Shown here: positions 57,841 to 64,000 of the stretch, one piece after another
How positions within the stretch are numbered: the stretch's first letter is position 1
Layout: the number at the start of each line of letters is the position of its first letter
Source: Elusimicrobiota bacterium
Lineage (GTDB): Bacteria; Elusimicrobiota; Elusimicrobia; UBA1565; UBA9628
Direction of reading: 5' to 3'
NCBI GenBank assembly: GCA_016212855.1
Contig: JACRDP010000010.1
Span: 42,954-106,953 of the forward strand
Length of the DNA stretch: 64,000 nt
The notes under the pieces: model-generated
Database searches by the model: none
What the model was told of the DNA's origin: nothing
The model's input: the letters and a program-made list of their open reading frames with translations, nothing else
Made by a program: the position numbers and the translations under genes

Positions 57841-58716
57841 CCGCACGATCTTCATCGTCTTGAGCAGACGGTTGAAGGAGGCGAGATAGACCTCGTAGGC
57901 CTCGACGGGAGCGCTGTAGACGACGACGTAGTAGGCGTCCCGCGACAACGGGACGTAGGCGGTCTTCGATTCGCCGGCGACGAAGGTGATGCGCGCCTTG
58001 ACCCCGGCGGCGGGAACGTGGCCGCCGTCGTTGGCGCCCTGCCACTCCTTGTCCTTGAGCACTGCGGCGTCGATGTCGATGAAGGTGGGCTGCGACGGCT
58101 CGATCTTGGTGATCGTGATCGTCACCGGCTTGCCCGGAGAGCCGTCGTCGAGCGTGAAGGACAAGGTCGGAATGTCCTCCTTCCAGCCGTCCCGCGGCTG
58201 GAGCATGCGCGGGTAGTCGAACGAGAGCTCGGCGGGCACGGAGTAGCGCCGGTAGCTTTCCTCGGTGATCCGGGCCATACGCGTGGCCTGGGTCACGCAC
58301 TGGAAGGGCCGCAGCGGGTCAGCGGTGCGCACCTTGCGTTTGCCCTTGGGACAGCCGCGCGCGAGGGGATCGTCGTCGTCCTGTCCGGCCTCGACGGGGG
58401 GGAGTTCCTCGTCGCCGCCGGTGATCGGGGCCAGGTCCGGCTCGGTTTCGCCGGCCATGACGCGCACGCACCGATACCCCTGCAGGCCCTCGGTCGTGGC
58501 CGCGGCTCGCGTGCCGCGCGGGCACTTGGGGCGGACCTTGAAGCCCGTCGGCCCGGTCACCGCGCTGAAGCCCTTCTTCTCGTCCTCCTTCACGCACTTG
58601 AAGGGTTGATAGGTGTTGTTCGTCGCCACGCGGTGCGTGCCCTTCGGGCACTCGCCGGGCTCCTCGGCGGCGAACGCCGCGCCGGCGAGCAGCAGAAGCG
58701 CCAACAAGGCCTTCAT
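57829..58716 (-). CDS. secreted protein with three CPxGxR...PFxCV cysteine repeats
   Basis: Signal peptide MKALLALLLLAGAAFA. Repeats ECPKGTHRV..PFKCV, KCPRGTRAA..YRCV, GCPKGKRKV..PFQCV. Confidence 0.5.
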   Translation of the reverse strand: MKALLALLLLAGAAFAAEEPGECPKGTHRVATNNTYQPFKCVKEDEKKGFSAVTGPTGFKVRPKCPRGTRAAATTEGLQGYRCVRVMAGETEPDLAPITGGDEELPPVEAGQDDDDPLARGCPKGKRKVRTADPLRPFQCVTQATRMARITEESYRRYSVPAELSFDYPRMLQPRDGWKEDIPTLSFTLDDGSPGKPVTITITKIEPSQPTFIDIDAAVLKDKEWQGANDGGHVPAAGVKARITFVAGESKTAYVPLSRDAYYVVVYSAPVEAYEVYLASFNRLLKTMKIVRRGK

Positions 58717-59160
58717 GCCTCCCGCTCCCGCGCCAGGTTCTGGAGATGCATGGCCAGTTTGGGATTGTTCGCGAGGATGTAGTCCATGTCGGCGTACGCG
58801 AGGCGGAAGGCTCGCGCGGGACCCGCGGCGATCGCCGACGCCGTGCGCGTGCCCTCGCGGATCAAGGCGATTTCCCCGAGAACCGCGCCGGGCCCGATCG
58901 TCGCCAGCTCCGCCGCCGCCGAGCCCATGCTCTTGGTGATCGTGAACGCTCCTTCGACGACGACGAACAGGTCCCGCCCCGCCTCATCCTGTTCGATCAG
59001 GAAGTCCCCCGCCGCGTAATCGCCGACGCCGCTGCGCGGGAACAGCTTCGCGCATTGCTCGCCGCTGAGCTCCGGAAAGAAGTCTTCAAGACGAAGGGAT
59101 TTCATCACGATGAGCGCGTCGTCGTCGCTCGGCCTGACGCGGGGCGGATCGGCTGACGCC
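58713..59160 (-). CDS. cyclic nucleotide-binding domain protein
   Basis: cNMP-binding motif GPGAVLGEIALIREGTRTASAIA. Start at MASADPP or MKSLRLEDFF. Confidence 0.6.
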
Positions 59161-59164
59161 ATCC

Positions 59165-60223
59165 TCAGCGATTGAGGAGATCGGGGTTGCGCATATGCTC
59201 CAAGGCGACCTCCTTGGTGATCATCTTCTTCGAGAAAAGATTCTTGATGAAGCTGTCCTTGGAGACCATCCCGACCTGCGCGCCGGCCTGGATCGCGTCG
59301 TTGATCGCCTCGAGCTTGTTCTCGCGGATGAGCTGGCGCACCGCTGAGGTGGCGATCAAAATCTCGCAGGCGAGCACGAGGCCTTTGCCGTCGGCGCGGG
59401 GAAGCAGCTCCTGCGAGATCACGGCCTCGAGCGTCATCGCCAGCTGCTCGCGCAGATTGTCCTGGTCCGCCGCGGCCACCGCGCTCAAGATGCGCTGCGC
59501 GGTCTTCGACGCGTCGCGCGTGTGCAAGGTCGTCACGACGAGGTGGCCGGTCTCGGCGGCGAGCAAAGCCGCGCGAATCGACTCGGAGTCGCGCATCTCG
59601 CCGACGCAGATGATGTCGGGGTCCTGGCGCAGGGAATCGAGAATGCCGATGTCGAAGGTCGGGGTGTCCACGCCGACCTCGCGCTGGACGAAGATCGAGC
59701 GGCAAGGCTTGAAAAGGCTTTCGATCGGGTCCTCGATCGTGATCACCTTGCCGGGCTTGCCGGTCTGGTTGACCCACTCGAGCATCGCGGCCATCGTCGT
59801 GCTCTTGCCCGAGCCCGTGGAGCCGGTCACGAAGATGATGCCGGCCTTCTTGTGCGCCAGGTTGCCGACGATCGGCGGCAGGCCCAGCGAGGAGAGGGGA
59901 TAGGTCTTGGTCGGGATCACGCGGATCGTCGCCCCCGCCGTGCCCGTCGCCATATACAGGTTGAAGCGGAAGCGGCCGACGTCGGCGATCGTGAAGGAGA
60001 AGTTGACGCGCATCTCCTTCTTGAACGTGTCGCGGTGATACTCCTGGAGATACGGGTCGAGGATCTTGAGGATCGACTCGGAGTTCATCGCCGGGTAGGG
60101 CAGGGCGCCGATCTCGCCGGCGATGCGGGCGATCGGGGGAATGCCGTGGATCAGGTGGAGGTCGGAGCCTCCGCGCGAGACCACGTCCGCGAGCAAGGTC
60201 GGAAGATCGATCGTGTCTGCCAT
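59165..60223 (-). CDS. pilT: type IV pilus twitching motility ATPase PilT
   Basis: Walker A GSTGSGKST. PilT-specific AIRNLIRE-like motif (AVRQLIREN). His box. Confidence 0.85.
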   Translation of the reverse strand: MADTIDLPTLLADVVSRGGSDLHLIHGIPPIARIAGEIGALPYPAMNSESILKILDPYLQEYHRDTFKKEMRVNFSFTIADVGRFRFNLYMATGTAGATIRVIPTKTYPLSSLGLPPIVGNLAHKKAGIIFVTGSTGSGKSTTMAAMLEWVNQTGKPGKVITIEDPIESLFKPCRSIFVQREVGVDTPTFDIGILDSLRQDPDIICVGEMRDSESIRAALLAAETGHLVVTTLHTRDASKTAQRILSAVAAADQDNLREQLAMTLEAVISQELLPRADGKGLVLACEILIATSAVRQLIRENKLEAINDAIQAGAQVGMVSKDSFIKNLFSKKMITKEVALEHMRNPDLLNR

Positions 60224-60286
60224 ACGCAGGGGAGGATATAAGGATACCGCGGTTACGTCAAGCCCGTTTTCATTAATTGACGGTAA

Positions 60287-60315
60287 ATGACAGATGCGGC
60301 CCGCTTTGCTATACT
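60287..60315 (+). promoter_or_regulatory. putative promoter of tRNA-Asn
   Basis: ATGACA - 17 nt - TATACT ending about 8 nt before the tRNA 5' end. Confidence 0.4.
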
Positions 60316-60323
60316 GTTCGCGA

Positions 60324-60398
60324 TCCGGGCTAGCTCAACGGTGGAGCAGGCCGCTGTTAACGGCAAGGTTCTAGGTTCGAGTCCTAGGCCCGGAGCCA
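60324..60398 (+). tRNA. tRNA-Asn (anticodon GUU)
   Basis: Hand-folded. Acceptor TCCGGGC/GCCCGGA. D-arm GCTC-AACGGTG-GAGC. Anticodon loop CTGTTAA. T-arm CTAGG-TTCGAGT-CCTAG. Encoded CCA. Confidence 0.85.
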
Positions 60399-61979
60399 AT
60401 TCAGACGCTCGTCAAAACTGACCTTGTCGCCTTCAACCTGGAATCCCAGGTCCGGAAGAGGGCGCAGGGTCAGTTTCATTTTGGACTTCTGCGTGTCGTA
60501 GACGACCTCGCCCACGAGTAGCGCCAGCAGTTCCTTCTGCTGAAGCGGCGTCAGCTTCGTGTAGAAGCCCGAGAAACTTTCCAAGTTGCGCCGGATGATC
60601 TCGGCGTCGATCTGCCGCGACTCAAGCTCGACGACTTCGCTGTCGAGCCGCTGGACCTGCTTCTCCAACTCCTCACGGCGCTCCTGCACTTGGCCGAGCT
60701 TGTCCATGAGCGCACGGTACTGCGGCACGGCTGGGCCCTGCGCGGCGAGGATGTTCGTGATGTTGCCGACCTCGGCTTCCTGCCTCCCGATCTCCGCGAT
60801 GAGGGCCACGCGCTTTTTCTGCTTGGCCGGCAGCTCCGTGCCCGTCATCTGCCGGGCTCTCTCCACGACTTCGTTGACGACCTCCTTCTGCTTGCCGAGG
60901 AACGCGATACGGTCCAAGACCAACCGCTCAAGCTCGCGCGCGGGCGCGCTCTTGGTCGGGCAGGCCGATTTGTCGAGCTTACTGACCGAGACGCACTTGT
61001 AGTAGAAATACTTACGGCCCTTCGAGTAGGCGAAGTTCGGCGTCATGGCGTGACCGCACGCGCCGCAGCGCACGAGCCCGCGGAGCATGAAGTTGTGCTT
61101 GTCCTGGTTCGGCGAGGTGTTCATCTGGCCGTTGGCCTTGAGCATGCGGCTCACTCGCTCGAAGATCGCGGGCTCGACGATGCCTTTATGCTCGCCCTCG
61201 TGAACATCGCCCTTGTGACTGATCTTACCGATATAGACCGGGTTGCGGAGAACGTAGTCCAAGCTCCCCTTGTTGAAGCGTCGTCCGCCGTGAATGTTGC
61301 CCTTGCGCGTCGTCCACTTCTTCATTCTGAAGCCCTGCTTATTGAGAGAAATCGCCGCCTTGCTGAGGGACTTCGTCTTGAGATAAGTCTCGTAGAGGAG
61401 CCGGACCTGCTTCGCCTCCGCCGCGTTAATGACGAGCTTTTTGGTTTCCTCATCGGCGTCATAGCCAAGAACAGGCGGGCCACCGGACCACTTTCCTTTG
61501 CGCGCCATCGCCGCGCGCTTGTCGCGCGTTCTCTCGCTGATCAACTCGCGTTCGAACTGCGAGAAATCCACGAGGATCGAGCGCATGAGCCGGCCGACGG
61601 ACGAGCCGGTGTCGATGGGCTGAGTGACCGAGACGTAGACTATCCCGTGCTTGTCGAAGATGTCGAGGACGTGCAGGAAGTCCTTCGTGTTGCGACTCAA
61701 GCGGTCGTACTTGTAGGTGACGACGGCCTGGAACTTGCCTTGCCGCGCATCCGCCAGAAGATGCTTGAGCCCCGGCCGGTCCATGTTGCCGCCCGTGTAG
61801 CCCGGGTCGTTGTATTCGACCGGAAACACGCGCCAGCCCTCGGCCCCGCGGCTCTTGATGAAGGCCTCGCAATACTCGCGCTGCGAGTCGAGCGAAGTGA
61901 AGTCGCCGCCCAGGTTCTCGTCCGTGGACTTGCGCGTGTAGACCGCGACCCACTTCACCGGCTTTTTATCGTTGGCCAT
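60384..61979 (-). CDS. large serine recombinase (resolvase catalytic domain + recombinase domain + zinc ribbon)
   Basis: VAVYTRKSTD...catalytic Ser region (YDRLSRN), central recombinase domain, and CGACGH...C zinc ribbon. 3' end overlaps the last approx. 15 nt of tRNA-Asn. Confidence 0.85.
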   Translation of the reverse strand: MANDKKPVKWVAVYTRKSTDENLGGDFTSLDSQREYCEAFIKSRGAEGWRVFPVEYNDPGYTGGNMDRPGLKHLLADARQGKFQAVVTYKYDRLSRNTKDFLHVLDIFDKHGIVYVSVTQPIDTGSSVGRLMRSILVDFSQFERELISERTRDKRAAMARKGKWSGGPPVLGYDADEETKKLVINAAEAKQVRLLYETYLKTKSLSKAAISLNKQGFRMKKWTTRKGNIHGGRRFNKGSLDYVLRNPVYIGKISHKGDVHEGEHKGIVEPAIFERVSRMLKANGQMNTSPNQDKHNFMLRGLVRCGACGHAMTPNFAYSKGRKYFYYKCVSVSKLDKSACPTKSAPARELERLVLDRIAFLGKQKEVVNEVVERARQMTGTELPAKQKKRVALIAEIGRQEAEVGNITNILAAQGPAVPQYRALMDKLGQVQERREELEKQVQRLDSEVVELESRQIDAEIIRRNLESFSGFYTKLTPLQQKELLALLVGEVVYDTQKSKMKLTLRPLPDLGFQVEGDKVSFDERLNWLRA

Positions 61980-62280
61980 GAAAAGATTCTATCATTATCG
62001 AATGTCATTTTAACTTGTCAAAACCGGCCTAGTCTTCGGCGCGACGGGAGAATCCGGCATCGACATGACCGCCAACAATTCGACGATCCGATCCCACCGC
62101 TCCTCCGGCGTCAATTCGTCCGGGTCCATGAAATGATGGCCCGCCCGCAGGCGCGGCTTGCGGCGCTTCTTCTCCGACGGCTCTTGCGACGGCGTGCTCT
62201 GTATTTGGCTCTTTATTTTTCTCCTGTTTCGACCGGGCCCTGTCCGGTCTTCGTTTTAGGGGGCACCATTCCCCCGGTTG

Positions 62281-63822
62281 TTACTTGAGTGAAACCGGCA
62301 CCCGCCTGATGCCGCACTCTTGAAGCGAAGCTCCCATGTCGAGAGTGACCGCCAGCCGCCGCGTCGCGGCCGGCGCTCGAAAAGTCATGAGCGTGGACGT
62401 CCATGTTTCGCGCCCGAAGACGCTCCCGTCTTTGACCGGCCACCGGCCAAGCTCTCGCCCTTTGATGTTCTCGATGCTGATCGTCTTGAGGACGCAGCCG
62501 CCCCAATACTCGCTCACGCGCTCCAGTTCGACGCTCAGCCGGAAGTCCTCGCCTCGGACCTGGACGACGGGGAGCGAGAATCGCAGGTCTCCCATGCTCC
62601 AGTAGACGGCGTTCGGCTTAAGATTGCGCCAGCGCGCGGGCCCGCCAGATGCCGCTGAGGTAGGCGGCGACAACGGCGCGAAGCGCCAAAACAGGAAGGC
62701 GGCCGCGGTCAACGCGACGGCGATCTCTAGGCCGGCTTTGAACCAGTCCCAATCCGGGCCATACCGAAAGCTCTCAAGGCGCTCTATAAAACCAGGCCGT
62801 GAAGGTTCCCATTTCACGGGCGGGACTTCGCGCGGGGGCACGTGCTCGGTGCGCGCGGGAGCGTCCGCTGGCAGGCGCACTGGATAAAAAGTGACTGGTG
62901 CGACGGGTGCCTCTGGCTCTGGTTCGGGCTGGCGCGGAAGCAAGGTCGGCTTGGCCGCGTCGATCGTGTAGGCCTGCCCCTCCGGGTCCGTCAAATAGGC
63001 CTTGCCGTCCTTGGCCGCCAGGAAGTCATCAAGCAGGATGAAAAAGTGGCGCTGCGGGGCAAGCCAGTAGTCGCGCCGGTTGGCTTCGCGCTGAACGGCT
63101 TTCAGCGTGGTCTGGTCGCCGCATAGCCACCAGACCTGATCGAGGTCCTTGCGGTGGCCCAGTTGCTCCATCGACTCATCGAGCTTGCCTTGGTTCTTGA
63201 GGGTCAGCTCGACCTCGAGGCCGACGCGCTCGGCCTTCTCATGGTCCGGGACCTTGTACCAGAACTCGCCGTCGCAGAGCTTGTCGGTCGCCTTCTTGCG
63301 CCGCTTCCAGAGCCGGCTTTCCGGCAGGAATTCTTTGACGTTCGGATGCTTGGCCAGCGTGATCCCGGCCTTGGCGCAGGCCAGCCGGTGGCGGAAAATG
63401 AAGGTGCTGTAGCGGTCTAAATTGAAGCGCAGGCCGACCTTCAGCCGGTGGAATCTCCCCAGCACGCGGTAGCCTTTGTGCGTCAGGTAATGCCCTTTGC
63501 GCGGGCTCATGTGCGTGTCGAAGTCCGCGACGATCCCCTGCCGCCGCAGCTCGTTCATCACGCCGTACGCCCAGGTCTTGTTGCCGAAGATGAAGTGGAT
63601 CTCGGCCATCGTCAGGAACCCGTACTCGGCCAGCCGCTCCATCAAGTCCAGCATCTTCTCCGTCAGGGCTTTCGGATCGCCTTTTCCCTTGACCTGCTTT
63701 TCATCCTGTTTTTCCTCTATCAGTTCTTCACCTCCGTTCCCTGTCTTTTCCTTCTCTTTTGTCTCCAATTTTTCTCCTTCTGTTTTTTTACTCTTTTTCA
63801 CTACCATCCCCATCATCCCTCT
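62281..63822 (-). CDS. replication-relaxation (Replic_Relax)-like protein with K/E-rich N-terminus and C-terminal TM domain
   Basis: wHTH-like LDLMERLAEYGFLTMAEIHFIFG...ELRRQGIV. ATG MMGMVV follows AAGGAG. May be two fused or adjacent genes. Confidence 0.4.
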   Translation of the reverse strand, partial: RGMMGMVVKKSKKTEGEKLETKEKEKTGNGGEELIEEKQDEKQVKGKGDPKALTEKMLDLMERLAEYGFLTMAEIHFIFGNKTWAYGVMNELRRQGIVADFDTHMSPRKGHYLTHKGYRVLGRFHRLKVGLRFNLDRYSTFIFRHRLACAKAGITLAKHPNVKEFLPESRLWKRRKKATDKLCDGEFWYKVPDHEKAERVGLEVELTLKNQGKLDESMEQLGHRKDLDQVWWLCGDQTTLKAVQREANRRDYWLAPQRHFFILLDDFLAAKDGKAYLTDPEGQAYTIDAAKPTLLPRQPEPEPEAPVAPVTFYPVRLPADAPARTEHVPPREVPPVKWEPSRPGFIERLESFRYGPDWDWFKAGLEIAVALTAAAFLFWRFAPLSPPTSAASGGPARWRNLKPNAVYWSMGDLRFSLPVVQVRGEDFRLSVELERVSEYWGGCVLKTISIENIKGRELGRWPVKDGSVFGRETWTSTLMTFRAPAATRRLAVTLDMGASLQECGIRRVPVSLK

Positions 63823-63871
63823 CCTACTCCTTTTCGAGTCCTTTACAACCAACAGATTTATCTGATGGTTG

Positions 63872-63919
63872 GGGGAGGGTGGTCAGGAAGCACGCCAGTG
63901 CTTCCTGACCACCCTCCCC
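63872..63919. terminator. perfect 21-bp stem hairpin
   Basis: GGGAGGGTGGTCAGGAAGCAC-GCCA-GTGCTTCCTGACCACCCTCCC. Confidence 0.5.
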
Positions 63920-64000
63920 GGCGAGAAAAGGGCCTATATCGCGGGGATGATGGGGATGGCTTGTTTTATCGCGTCTCGACTTGTACCAGTGACCCCGCAC

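Larger units (their letters stand above)
60384..64000. mobile_element. left end of an integrated element (integrative island/prophage-like) inserted at tRNA-Asn; continues beyond window
   Basis: tRNA-adjacent serine recombinase. Drop in GC by eye. Replic_Relax-like gene. Very AT-rich segment near 63700-63850. Strong hairpins. Confidence 0.6.

Noticed and set aside
56189-57889. 566-aa plus-strand ORF
   Set aside because: Antisense to the SDR and enoyl-CoA hydratase genes.
62011-62129. 39-aa ORF immediately upstream of the serine recombinase
   Set aside because: Too short and lacks an SD to call as a feature. Mentioned in the mobile-element finding as a possible directionality factor.
60690-62288. 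532-aa plus-strand ORF
   Set aside because: Antisense to the serine recombinase.

Overview
High-GC (about 70% by eye, not computed) bacterial chromosomal segment, densely coded and mostly on the minus strand.

Core content:
- A long LPS inner-core / lipid A operon: DUF3108 protein - lpxK - GT9 - CE4 deacetylase - GT2 - GT4 - GT4 - tandem GT9 - GT-C-like membrane protein - waaA/kdtA - DUF374.
- secD-secF-yajC.
- A peroxide-stress operon (dps - Fur-family PerR-like - 2-Cys peroxiredoxin) with a 31-bp palindromic operator overlapping its promoter.
- H+-pyrophosphatase hppA with a consensus sigma70 promoter.
- tgt/queA, SpoIID, ruvB-ruvA-ruvC-yebC, typA, a tandem-domain MscS-like channel, pepP, a PGRP-type amidase, uppP, pilT, an SDR/enoyl-CoA hydratase pair.
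- Two tRNAs: Arg-UCG and Asn-GUU.

Accessory or unusual content:
1. A three-gene operon: HEAT-repeat protein, a PepSY/HExxH zinc metalloprotease ending in a T9SS-type C-terminal sorting domain, and a PorV-like outer-membrane protein.
2. A roughly 2.5-kb lower-GC island encoding two secreted proteins, one with an HEGRH motif.
3. A giant 1773-aa anchored surface protein with tandem 15-bp (KPxEA) repeats and poly-Gly tracts. It sits in an operon with a zinc-ribbon / Pro-rich membrane protein, next to an 819-aa coiled-coil protein.
4. The left end of an integrated element: a large serine recombinase overlaps the 3' end of tRNA-Asn, followed by lower-GC and very AT-rich DNA with a Replic_Relax-like gene and strong hairpins.
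5. At least three genes with a -10 hexamer exactly 6 nt upstream of ATG, which suggests leaderless mRNAs.
6. Several perfect palindromes / inverted repeats in intergenic regions.

The taxonomic guess (a high-GC FCB-group organism such as Gemmatimonadota) is inference only. All start coordinates carry about +/-3 nt uncertainty.
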